Source of the DNA: a virus
Reading direction: 5' to 3' (one strand)
Virus record (IMG/VR): IMGVR_UViG_3300049847_000663
Span: 15,821 to 79,820 of that record
Length of the DNA stretch: 64,000 nucleotides
The notes under the pieces are model-generated. The model was not told the origin of the DNA and did no database searches. It was given only the letters and a program-made list of their open reading frames with translations. Positions 10,133 through 20,396 of the stretch are shown here, piece after piece (the first letter of the stretch is position 1; each line of letters starts with the position of its first letter). Position numbers and translations under genes: made by a program.

Positions 10133-10344
10133 AGCGCGTTGATATGGTAGATAAAATCATTCATTTCGTTAATACCATCACTAAAGGTAAAACTATACTT
10201 AACTCTATAGAGTCTGATATTTTACTAACGAGGATAGAGCAAACTGGTATGGTACCACCAAAAATTACAAAAATGAAAGATACTTAGTTTCGTGATACGG
10301 GTGATTATGGTTATGAGGTTCATGAATGGGACGAAGATGAATAA
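10129..10344 (+). pseudogene. Small ORF interrupted by an in-frame TAG at 10285-10287
   Basis: MKRVDMVDKII...GMVPPKITKMKDT*FRDTGDYGYEVHEWDEDE*. The final TAA overlaps the next gene's start (ATGAATAA). Confidence 0.5.
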
Positions 10345-10522
10345 AGTAATAGTAAAATACTACAACATAAGATCGATTAAAGAATATCCACTAGAATCTT
10401 TAACTATCATTTTAAATAGCGGAGCTATTACAATGGAAGACAATTCTATTTCATTTCCGGAACATGAATGTCTTTTAATGGGTCTTTTTTTGATTGAAGA
10501 AAACGGAGAATTCTATGAATAA
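10337..10522 (+). CDS. 61-aa microprotein (family A)
   Basis: MNKVIVKYY...[16 protein letters not shown]; the ATG at 10337 fits translational coupling. Confidence 0.6.
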   Translation: MNKVIVKYYNIRSIKEYPLESLTIILNSGAITMEDNSISFPEHECLLMGLFLIEENGEFYE

Positions 10523-10661
10523 TGTTAACGTACAATATTATGATTATCGCCCAGGTATCGAGTTAATAGATATTTTTTTTGATGCTTGTATACGAATGGG
10601 ACATAGAAGTATGTTACTTTGTCTTTTTTATGTAGAAAGTTATTATGACTTCTATAACTGA
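10515..10661 (+). CDS. 48-aa microprotein (family A)
   Basis: Manual translation [11 protein letters not shown]...[16 protein letters not shown]. Confidence 0.6.
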   Translation: MNNVNVQYYDYRPGIELIDIFFDACIRMGHRSMLLCLFYVESYYDFYN

Positions 10662-11244
10662 TCTATGTTTAAAAATAGCTAAAGAAAACGGACCTTTTTT
10701 CCCAGAAGAGAAGAATGTTTTTCGTGCATTAGAACTAACACCAAATCCTAAAGTAATTATCCTAGGCCAAGATCCTTATCATGGAGAAGGTGAAGCTAAC
10801 GGACTAGCGTTCGGTATAAATCAAAATATAAAAATCCCCCCATCTCTTAGAAACATTTTAAAAGAATTAAAAAATGATTTAGGTATTGAGTGCCAAAATT
10901 TGTCACTAGAAGGTTGGGCGAACCGAGGCGTTCTTCTTTTAAATACAGTACTCACTGTTAAACCTAACAGACCTGGGTCTCATTTTGGAATCGGCTGGGA
11001 AATATTTACAGACGAGATAATAAAACAACACGCCGATACCGGAAACAAGGTATTTATTCTTTGGGGAAAGAAAGCCCAATTAAAAAAAAGCTTGATTAAT
11101 CCTAACAAAAACTGTATATTAGAAAGTAACCATCCATCCCCTTTATCAGCAAATCGAGGTGGATTTTTTGGTACAAAACCTTTTAGTAAAGCTAACGCTT
11201 TTCTTGAAAGTATAGGAGAAGAACCCATTGACTGGAGTAAGTAA
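10645..11244 (+). CDS. ung: Uracil-DNA glycosylase, family 1
   Basis: Motifs [24 protein letters not shown] and HPSPLS. Confidence 0.95.
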   Translation: MTSITDLCLKIAKENGPFFPEEKNVFRALELTPNPKVIILGQDPYHGEGEANGLAFGINQNIKIPPSLRNILKELKNDLGIECQNLSLEGWANRGVLLLNTVLTVKPNRPGSHFGIGWEIFTDEIIKQHADTGNKVFILWGKKAQLKKSLINPNKNCILESNHPSPLSANRGGFFGTKPFSKANAFLESIGEEPIDWSK

Positions 11245-12772
11245 GTTGTTAAAAGCTTTAATTTACGCTGGATTTAGTGCATTAATGGGGTATTATTTTG
11301 TTAATACTCAACCATTAAATTATATATTACTAGCTATGCAGATTTTAAATTTAATCTTAAGTATTTATTATTTATTAACTGCAATTGATGAGATTAAAAG
11401 TAAATGAGTTCTAATAGCGATGAAGAAATTCAATTACCATTAGGTATTAACAGTTGGTGGGGAGAAGCTTTTGATAAAGACGGTAAATCGAATTGTTATC
11501 ATAAATGGGTTAAGTATGAAGGCTTCACTGATAAATATGAGTTTTGTGAAAAGTGCGATGAAAAAAGAACATTAACTGAGGGACATGATTATGAAAAATC
11601 AGGAACAAGTTCTAAAAGAACTTTTTGAATTTGCTGAAAGTTTAGGTATGTTTGTTTTTTTCAATAGTGACAGTGAAGAAGAACATATGAATGGTTTTAT
11701 TATAGGAACTGAAGATTATTTTTATAATATCGCCGATGGGCTTGAAGATTTAGAAAATTATAACAAAGTTATGGGTGTAGAGACTATATCAAAACCGGAT
11801 ATGCATTAATGAATTTTTTTACATTTGCTTTTTATTTTTTTATATGTCAAACTGTATACGATGTAATTTCTAGTTTAGTTAGAAGTTACATGTTAAAAAA
11901 AGAATTTGAAAAAATTAGAGAACAATTAGTAGAGGATAAAAATATATGGAATTAAAAAACTACGTGATTACTCTTTCAAACGGCCAAGGATATCCAGTAA
12001 CGTCCAAGGCGGTTAACGGAACTGAACTAATTTTACGCCTAAAGGGTAGTGATGTAATTGAAATTATGAAAGTAAATACATCCAAGTTTATAGTAACCGA
12101 TCATATTGTAGAAGTTTACGAAACTGAAAATAATGTATATCAAACCGAGAAGTCTTGGACTTTAGCTAGGGAGTAATTATGAAACAAATTGTTATGTTAT
12201 TAATCGATGTTAATGGAAATATAGTAGCTTCTTATAATAATAAGGATTTTATTCAAAAACTCCTTCCCGCTATTGAAGCCAAACTTGTTACTAATATTGT
12301 ACAAATTAAAGAAGTGCTGTTAAATCCACCACTAGACTTAATTGGTAATGAAAATTTTACTAAAACATATACAACAGAAGAATTTCTTAGGACTTTAGGA
12401 TGAGAATCGAATATGTATGTTACAGCGAAACTTTAGATAATTTGGTTATTGTAAGTCAAATACCTAAAAGTGAATTTAGAAATATACAATTTTCTTTAAC
12501 TACCGAGTTTGGAGAAGATCCAGTAAATAAACCTGATCTTAAACAAATGGAATCTAATTTAAAACTTCACCTAATTGCGATGGAGACAGTATGCGATTAA
12601 AGATATTATTATCAGTATTAACATTAGTTATTGTTACCGGTACATATTTCTACGGTCACAACAAAGGTAGCATGGAAACGCGGTTGTTTGTAAAACAAGT
12701 AGTTCTTCCTTTATGTTACCTTATGACACCAAATGATAAAGAACAACTAACAGTTTGTTTGGATCAGAACTT

Positions 12773-13027
12773 ATGAGTAGTGATGTAAAGATCAGACCCA
12801 TTCCGGGGTACGAATCCCAATACCTAATTGATACCTATGGTAACGTGTTCTCTGTTAATCGCTTTGTGCCAACTGGCATTGGTGATAAACTAAGAGAAGT
12901 TGGTGGTAATATGGTTCGTCCATACACAAATAAAAAGAATCGGCAGGTTTGCGTTAAGCTAAACAAAAACGGCAAACGGTCAACTCATATGATTTCGACC
13001 CTCCTTAAGCGAACTTTTGGAGAATAA
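12773..13027 (+). CDS. NUMOD4-domain protein (no HNH part)
   Basis: RPIPGYESQYLIDTYGNVFSVNR matches the NUMOD4 N-terminus. Confidence 0.7.
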   Translation: MSSDVKIRPIPGYESQYLIDTYGNVFSVNRFVPTGIGDKLREVGGNMVRPYTNKKNRQVCVKLNKNGKRSTHMISTLLKRTFGE

Positions 13028-13765
13028 ATAATGCTTCTTGAAGCTTTGGTAATTGGAATGTGTTTAGGTAAGTATGAATGCGCAAAAACTCCACAAGCCT
13101 ATTACCTTTCTAAGCCTAAACTTCGTAGCTGGGTTAAGGAAAAAACCGACACAATGAAAGATAGTCTTAAGACACGTCCAGTAGCTCAGGTGGTGGTGCC
13201 TACTTTGCTCGGTTCTGCCTTTCTAATGACTGGCGGTAAACCTCGAATCAGGGTAACTGATAACGCATCTTTAACCCTAAGTCAAAGACAACTGGACATT
13301 ACTTTTACTTATGTTTTTTAAGGAATCTTATGAATCGTAATTATACCTTCCTTGCTACTTTTGTTCAACAAAGACGTCGTAGAATTTTAATATTTGATGA
13401 AATTTATAAAATGTGCCCATGTATATCATATACAATTAAAAATGCTATATATCAAGACCTGTTTTATTAAGAATAAATACGGTCGATAAGAAAAGAAAAA
13501 CCATGAAAAAACAAATATCAGAAAACCATAAGTCGATAAGCGCCACAAAAACAGCAATGAGTCCTGAAGTGGAGCTTGAATATAACTACTATAAATTACT
13601 AGAAGATATTAAAGAATGTTATGATAAAGAAGTGAACCATTTAGAGGTACCCTTTTCTTGCGCTAAAGACTATCCAAAAGACCTATGTTATCGACTACAA
13701 AAACTACAACTCAATGTTGACATTACAAAACAATCAATTCTCATCCAACTTCCCATAAAAAAAGC

Positions 13766-13794
13766 TTGACTTATCGACTACTTCCAAATATTCT
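13766..13794 (+). promoter_or_regulatory. sigma-70-type promoter
   Basis: TTGACT-N17-TATTCT upstream of an AGGAGG RBS and ORF 13825. Confidence 0.65.
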
Positions 13795-14596
13795 ATTATC
13801 TGTGACGCAATTAGGAGGAATAAAATGCTTGACTATCTCAAGGCTAATTTGGATCTGAGCGAGATTCTCAGTTTCAATTATAACGTTCAAAATGGCGTTT
13901 TAACGGTACATGGTAAGAACGACCTCGGTCAGCTAGCAGTTCGCACTAAAACGCTTTCTAGGCTTGATGGAGCGCGTTTATTTAGGCTGCATATTTCTAA
14001 CATGCCGGGACTCTAAATGGAACTAATTAAAATAAGAAACCCTAGATTTTGGGCTCTAACTGACCTAAAGTTTGATTCACTATTTAATGCTTTATTTGGA
14101 ATTAGTTTTTTTATTTGAATACTACAATTAATTCAATAAGTTAGGATAATATGCTTAAGGTAAACATAAATAATGAGGACTATTATTGGCTTCTAATTCG
14201 GATGAAGACTCGTCATTTGTGGGAGGACATCCTCCCTTGCAACGATGTACCAATTACTATACAAGATCTTTATTATTATAACTAAAATTCTTCCCCAAAT
14301 CCTTAACAATTATAAGCATTTAAATTAGAATTTCTTTGGGGAAGGGGAGCTAGTAAACTTCACAAGCTCAGTTTCCTGCGCTCATAAAGCCCTATACAAA
14401 CTGACTGGAAGTAATGCTGGACTGATAGTAGAGGAGATATATATTTTATTGTACATAGCACAATCTCAACACAACACAGACTACCCTACCCCCCCCTACC
14501 GCCTCAGATCTAGCTGCGCTACGATCGTAGCGGCTTGCTATCCTATTAGGATCATTCATCTATTTAGAATGAGAAGCTTCGCACAGTGTTATGATC

Positions 14597-14698
14597 TTAA
14601 ATCTCATCAGTGCTAAACATCAGATCGGGATTGCAGATGTGATCTTTAATAAATTTCTTTACAGCATCTATTAGTTTTTTCATTGAACGCAAGTTCAT
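14597..14698 (-). CDS. 33-aa peptide downstream of the leftward sigma-28-type promoter
   Basis: MNLRSMKKLIDAVKKFIKDHICNPDLMFSTDEI with an AAGGCGG RBS-like sequence. Confidence 0.5.
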   Translation of the reverse strand: MNLRSMKKLIDAVKKFIKDHICNPDLMFSTDEI

Positions 14699-14722
14699 TG
14701 TGTACCGCCTTTTGTATATAAC

Positions 14723-14749
14723 TCATCGGCGGACTTCTTTAAAACTTAA
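14723..14749 (-). promoter_or_regulatory. sigma-28 (FliA)-type promoter, leftward
   Basis: Minus strand TTAAGTTT-N11-GCCGATGA. Confidence 0.75.
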
Positions 14750-14886
14750 GGACTATTTGCATTATTAATTATTTTCTTTTTTATGCAAGAATCATACCAA
14801 TTTATTTGCTGTATCATTGTGGGATTAAGTGACGTAAGTAGTTGATATCATTGATGAATATGTTACAATCATTCTGTCCAGTACTA

Positions 14887-15186
14887 CTATTCTTCATTCA
14901 TCCTATTTACTATCGACCGCAGTGAAGCAAGGTCATCGTTTGTTTTGGATATGGAAACACCTACTGTCTCGTTTTGATACGTTTCAGCATTTATTTCCTT
15001 AAGATCATTTCCTATCTCAGGTTTGGACTTTTTCAATCCATGTCTTTTGTTGACGGTCTTTACGCTAGTGACTACTCTCAAACGTCTACTAGAATCCACG
15101 ATGGACTTAGGATGTGAGCGACCTAAGCTTAGAGGTGGACCTGTCTCGGTGTCTTTTCTCATTTTGAGACGACTGCCCTTTTTCAC
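14887..15186 (-). CDS. Isolated hypothetical protein preceded by the late motif
   Basis: ORF track; TTTAACAAGTA lies just upstream at 15202-15212. Confidence 0.45.
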   Translation of the reverse strand: MKKGSRLKMRKDTETGPPLSLGRSHPKSIVDSSRRLRVVTSVKTVNKRHGLKKSKPEIGNDLKEINAETYQNETVGVSISKTNDDLASLRSIVNRMNEE

Positions 15187-15201
15187 GGTCCCGTCTTAAT
15201 A

Positions 15202-15212
15202 TACTTGTTAAA
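15202..15212 (-). promoter_or_regulatory. Putative late promoter motif TTTAACAAGTA
   Basis: One-mismatch copy upstream of ORF 14887..15186. Confidence 0.45.
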
Positions 15213-15309
15213 TTTTCCTCATTAAAAGTGTATCAAATTGAGATAGTTTTGTCAACTTTTCTTTATTCTTAAGTAAAATCAATGAGTTCTCATTATTTTT
15301 ATTTTTTCC

Positions 15310-15336
15310 TTAAGTTTTATTGAAACTGCCCGATAA
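15310..15336 (+). promoter_or_regulatory. sigma-28 (FliA)-type promoter
   Basis: TTAAGTTT-N11-CCCGATAA, 35 nt before the first early gene (AAGGGAG RBS). Confidence 0.75.
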
Positions 15337-15371
15337 GTAGTATATAAGATTGATAACTAAGGGAGACTAAG

Positions 15372-15854
15372 ATGAGTTTGATTCAAGAATTGAAAAATAA
15401 GCTAAACGAAGCAAAAAAACGGTTTTATAGCCTTAAGACCAAAAGAGCAAAGGAAAAACAACGCGACATCATTCGGGACCTTAATTTTCAGCTTGAGGAC
15501 GCTCTACTTGAAGGACTAAAACCTTACCTAAACATGAGGCATGAGGGTGTCATTGTTTCCGGTGGGACTGACGCATTAGCAAGGACTGAATTTGGTATTG
15601 TGCCGGTTTATGCGGTGAATGACCGACTAAGCAAATCGTGGTATGATACTACTTGCTGCGTGTCTTATAAGGATGGAGACAAGATCACTTTTGAAATAAA
15701 ACATCCCAACGTTGAAAATGGTCGTCTTAATTGGTTTGCCGCCGAGGTTGAGGGTGGCTCTTTAGATACAGAAAAATATAACAAGTTATGTAAACAAGAC
15801 AATTTGGCGTTCTTTAAAAAACAAGACGGTTCAATGACCGGACTATTTAAATAA
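15372..15854 (+). CDS. First early hypothetical protein
   Basis: 160-aa ORF with a strong RBS after the sigma-28-type promoter. Confidence 0.7.
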   Translation: MSLIQELKNKLNEAKKRFYSLKTKRAKEKQRDIIRDLNFQLEDALLEGLKPYLNMRHEGVIVSGGTDALARTEFGIVPVYAVNDRLSKSWYDTTCCVSYKDGDKITFEIKHPNVENGRLNWFAAEVEGGSLDTEKYNKLCKQDNLAFFKKQDGSMTGLFK

Positions 15855-16693
15855 GGAGACTTTATGAGGACTAAAGAGTTTACAATAATGTGCGCGATTG
15901 TGATGACGATTGTTACAATCCCAATGTGGTTGTTGTTTCAGTTTTTTGTGCTACTTAATACAGGACTTTAAGTATGTGGGTTATTAAGACTAAATCAGGA
16001 CACGAATACGACCTAGTTTTTAAATCTTATGAGACCGCTGAGGATTGGTTGTATTCAACGCTGCTTAAAGGGGCGACTTATGTTAGGGACCGTTACTTAA
16101 TTGTGCCTGTAGACTAAACAAGGGAGTTTTTAGATGAAAACAAAAGAAGACATGAAAAATACATACGAAGTGATAAGATCTTATGTTAATGAAGTTATAG
16201 GCCTTGAGCTTGACCTTCCACGCGCTCTGAACCTGATAGAACAAACGCTTGATACTGAGATTGATTGGTCAAACAAGGAAGCCTCACAACGGGCACTATT
16301 TGACTTCATTGAAAAACGTCAAGGTGAGGTGATACAATGAAAATTTTTTCTTATGAACTAACTAAAGTTACGTTCAGGGTTGCAGACCTAGTTATGGGTT
16401 TTTCCATCGTTTTAGTTTCCATGGTGTTTTTAATTAAAATCTTATGCGAGGTGTTTTCATGAAATACCTAACTAATTCTTTACGTTCTACCGGTTTAGTT
16501 AGTGAGTTTGATTTACAGCAACTAAAGAAAGAAGCTATTGAATTCACGAACTTAATCAAACAGTTAAAAGCTGACGGTCAACATAGCTCTAGTGATTTAA
16601 TACGATCTTCAGTAAAAAGACTTTATGAAATTAGGGCAATTGCTGAGCTACACATTAAGTCTCTTAAAAGAGCGCATCTACGGATTGTATCAA

Positions 16694-17038
16694 ATGAAAC
16701 AGATGAAAATGAAAAATAAACGTAGAAACTCAATTGAGATTAGTCCTGAAACGCGGTTAAAAACGCTGTATTTCCTGTTACAAGGGCTTGACGCACATGA
16801 GTTAGCCGTTAACCTAGAAATAGGTTTTAAGGCTTTAAAACACCGTTTAACCCTTATTTATAAGTTTTACGGGGTTAAAAACAGGATTCAATTGATGAGT
16901 CTTTATATAAACATCCCAACACGAGTTAGAAAATCTTTTATAAATGATGAAAATAAAGTAGTTACGCGTAAAAAATACAAAACTAAAGAGCAATTTAAAG
17001 AAAATGAAAATATTTTGCCACAAGGCCTAAAGTTTTAA
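16694..17038 (+). CDS. LuxR/GerE-type helix-turn-helix regulator
   Basis: LLQGLDAHELAVNLEIGFKALKHRLTLIYKFYGVKNRIQL matches the LuxR HTH pattern; start codon uncertain. Confidence 0.75.
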   Translation: MKQMKMKNKRRNSIEISPETRLKTLYFLLQGLDAHELAVNLEIGFKALKHRLTLIYKFYGVKNRIQLMSLYINIPTRVRKSFINDENKVVTRKKYKTKEQFKENENILPQGLKF

Positions 17039-17054
17039 AAAATTAGTCCGATGA
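17028..17054 (+). promoter_or_regulatory. sigma-28 (FliA)-type promoter
   Basis: TAAAGTTT-N11-TCCGATGA. Confidence 0.75.
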
Positions 17055-17355
17055 GATATATGAACCGCGATGAACATGGTTCGAGCATAAGGGAGAAATA
17101 AAATGACAATGATTTACAAAATAACAAAAAAATTCACAAAACTTGATAAAAATCCTTATTTCGAAGACACCAGAGCATGGCATACATTTATTGATATATG
17201 TTGTACACATAACGTCGTTGAAGGTTATGAATTAAATATCGATTTAATGATGAAAGAGCACTCTCAAACTTATGATTATTATGATGATACTTTGTTGTTG
17301 TTTGTTGAAGATGGACTTCTTGAATGTATTTACGACCTTAAAAAGGAGAAATAAA

Positions 17356-17769
17356 ATGAAATACATGAAAAGATCAAAAATTTATAAAGCTTCGAACGTA
17401 ATATTTAATCCTAACACCATTGAGGCGTTTTCCTATCGTTGGTGGAAATTTGTTAAAGTTATTGATGGTTTAGTGGTTTTTAATAAATATCGCTATTCAG
17501 TTTCAACCGCCAAACATCAAGCTAAAGTCAGACAACTAATGATTGAATTAGGAATTAAGGTTGATCTATATGTTAATGTGCGCGAATCATTAATAGACCA
17601 GACGATTGAAGAGCTTATTATTCAAACTGAAGAGAACATATGTGATGACTTTTTGTATAAAAAACTAAAACAAGGCGAAGCTTATGATAGAAAAAAAGCT
17701 AAACAAGCTTCATTAGTCGAGCGTGTTATTGAGAATACTTATAACCAAGTTGAGGTGAGTTGTGGATAA
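17356..17769 (+). CDS. Early hypothetical protein
   Basis: ATG at 17356 after an AAGGAG RBS. Confidence 0.6.
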   Translation: MKYMKRSKIYKASNVIFNPNTIEAFSYRWWKFVKVIDGLVVFNKYRYSVSTAKHQAKVRQLMIELGIKVDLYVNVRESLIDQTIEELIIQTEENICDDFLYKKLKQGEAYDRKKAKQASLVERVIENTYNQVEVSCG

Positions 17770-18410
17770 AAAAATAATTTTAAGTAAAACTGATGAAATT
17801 TTATTAGAAGATATTTTAGAATATTTGTTACATGATAAAGAAAAAGAAGACTTGTTAACTTCTTTTGAAGTTAATGAAACAGATTTTTTTGATGAAAATG
17901 GTGATTTAATGGTAGATAGACTACCAAGAACCGCGCACGATCATATTTATGTAAAAGCTTTTAAATTATTTAGTCAATTAAAAGAGGTACAAAATGTTTA
18001 ACTATAAAAACTTAATTCAAGATTGCGCGATTAATCAAGGGTATTGTTTAGGCCTTGAAGCGTTTCATCGCTTAAAAGGGTCTTTAGACCACGCTAACTT
18101 TTACTTAAACCTAGCTTCAGACTTTAATAAAGTAGCTGTAAAACTTAAAAATAGAGCTTTAAAACAAGGTTTAAACCTAAACCGTGAAGAGCTAACTTCG
18201 TTGATTTATTCAGGCCTTAAACAAGGTAAACAGGAAGCTTCGGAGAATGTGAAATGTTGTTAATCCTGATTATTTTAGCATGTTTTGGTTATATACCGTT
18301 TTGGGTTGTGTTAATTGGATTGTTTTTTTGTTAGAAAGGTTAAGTATGAATAAATATTTATATAATTTAGTTTTGATAATTATATTTTCATTATTTTTTA
18401 TTAGTTTAGG

Positions 18411-18437
18411 TAAAGTTTTTTAAAAATCTTCCGAAGA
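18411..18437 (+). promoter_or_regulatory. sigma-28 (FliA)-type promoter
   Basis: TAAAGTTT-N11-TCCGAAGA before an AAGGAG RBS and ORF 18464. Confidence 0.7.
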
Positions 18438-18463
18438 GATAGTAACGACAAAGGAGTAAGATA

Positions 18464-18766
18464 GTGAGTAAAAATAAATTCACGTCCGGACCATGGACAC
18501 CTGAATTAGACACAACACAACTTAATCATAAGACATACATAAGGACGACTAAAGATAAAGATAACGAATTTGTTCAAATTGCTGAGATAAATCGTTTTGT
18601 TGATATTAAGCTTGACGGAGCTAACTCTGCTCTTATCGCCGCCGCGCCGGAAATGTACGAAGCTTTAGAAGAGTTACTTGAAGTTGTTAGACGTTTTGGT
18701 GGTATTCCTCTTGAAGATCCTTTTAAGTATGACAAGTTACTAAAAAAAGCCCGAGGTGAAAAATGA
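18464..18766 (+). CDS. Conserved phage hypothetical protein ('TxGPW...AN.xLIAAAPE' family)
   Basis: FTSGPW and ANSALIAAAPEMYEAL motifs. Confidence 0.65.
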   Translation: MSKNKFTSGPWTPELDTTQLNHKTYIRTTKDKDNEFVQIAEINRFVDIKLDGANSALIAAAPEMYEALEELLEVVRRFGGIPLEDPFKYDKLLKKARGEK

Positions 18767-18886
18767 GTGAAGAAACAAAGAAAAAAATTGAAGATTTAAA
18801 ATATAGAATAAACTTAGGGTCATGTAATACTGAACAATTAGCAGCATGGCTTTTTGAGTTGTTAGAGATTTTATCAGGAGATCAAC

Positions 18887-19306
18887 ATGAGTGAATTATT
18901 TTTATTATTTAACTTAGTTTTTGCATCAAATGAATTAGATTTAGCTATTGATAAGGCAGCGCAGAAATACAACATTGAGTCTCAAGACCTAAGACTAATT
19001 GCGGCGGTTGAGTCGAGCTATTCAGTTAATCCTAAAATCAATGAAAATAGGAATAAAACTATTGACATGGGACCTTTTCAAGTAAATTCAATACACAAAA
19101 ACACAACTTGTAAAATGTTTAATATTGAAACACTTGACGGGAATGTTCTTTGCGCGGCTAAACTAATAGCTATGCATAAAAAACATAAAGGGACTGATTT
19201 TTACTGGCTTGCACGTTATCATTCTAAAACACCTAAATATAAAAAAATATATCAAGAAAAACTAGAAAAAGCTAAAGTTTTATTTTTAATTGCCGATAAG
19301 AATTAA
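18887..19306 (+). CDS. Exported lytic transglycosylase (SLT family)
   Basis: Signal peptide; IAAVESS catalytic Glu, DMGPFQVN and ARYHS motifs. Confidence 0.88.
   Translation: MSELFLLFNLVFASNELDLAIDKAAQKYNIESQDLRLIAAVESSYSVNPKINENRNKTIDMGPFQVNSIHKNTTCKMFNIETLDGNVLCAAKLIAMHKKHKGTDFYWLARYHSKTPKYKKIYQEKLEKAKVLFLIADKN
19273..19299 (+). promoter_or_regulatory. sigma-28 (FliA)-type promoter, perfect consensus
   Basis: TAAAGTTT-N11-GCCGATAA. Confidence 0.85.
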
Positions 19307-20396
19307 AAGGAAGAAATTATGAATAAAGAAATATTAATTATAGTTTTAACAATTTTACTTTTACCGATTTGGTTTCCTATGTTTTTAATTAGATTTTGTT
19401 TTGATAGAGCTGAAATATGCATGAAAATATTAGAATAAAGGCGGTAAAACAAATGATTTTTAAAAATGTATATGATTATTTCTATTGGTTAGGCGTTCAA
19501 GATAAAAGAACAAAAATTAATAGAAATTTTATCAAAACTGGAATTGTAAAGAAAATTAAAATAGCTTATTTAAAAGGTTATAACAAAGGAAACAAAAATG
19601 CAAATAAACAAAAAAGAAATTCTAGAGCAAGCTAAGCAATTAAAAGTGGATTTTATTGTGGGAAATAGTGGGACTAAACATTTATGCGGGCTTCACGTTA
19701 AAGACGAAGGGTCAGCCAGCCTTAATGAAGCTTTATCTCAAGCTTTAAAGATCGGTTACGACAGAGTTTATCTTTACAGAGAAGATCCCAAAAAAGTAAC
19801 AAATGTGTCTAAAATTAATACAAATTTTAACTCAAATCAAAGTGAATATAGCAAAATTAAAATGTCTTTAGATAACTTGAAAAACACCTTTGGGGTTGAT
19901 ATACTTAAAGCTGTAGCTATGACTGAATTAACTTTAACTGAAAATAGAGGATAAATATGAACATTTATCAAGTTAAGTTTGACGCTAAAAAAGAAAACAT
20001 ACAAAACAGCTTTACAATTGTTGTTGACGCGCATTGTGCTTATGAAGGTGACGCGATTGAAGAGGCTAAAAACCACATTAAACGTCATTATGAAGGTATT
20101 TTAAGCCTTGAGTTAAAGTCGGTTTGTTTTCTTGAAACGGTTGAAAATAGAAGTAAAAAGATTAATCAATTTAATAGGGATTAATATGAAACCAATTAAA
20201 TTTATCGATTTAGATGTTGATGGAATTGATACAAACGACTACCCTGATTTTTGCGACGCTTTTATTTCATCAGCTACGGCGGTTTTTGAAGACGGTTCTA
20301 TGCGCGATGCTAACGATGATGAATTAGAAGAATTAAACGAAGATTCAGATTTAGTCTATTCACTTGTTTTAGAGCGTATTTACTAGGGAGAAAAAA

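Noticed and set aside
13463-13540. Additional sigma-28 promoters at GTCGATAA (also CTCGATAA ~23420, GCCGATAA ~37754 and ~38931)
   Set aside because: No TAAAGTTT-like -35 box at 11-nt spacing.
16363-16389. TAAAGTTA-N11-GCAGACCT as a sixth sigma-28 promoter
   Set aside because: The -10 box matches only about half the consensus and lies inside a coding region.
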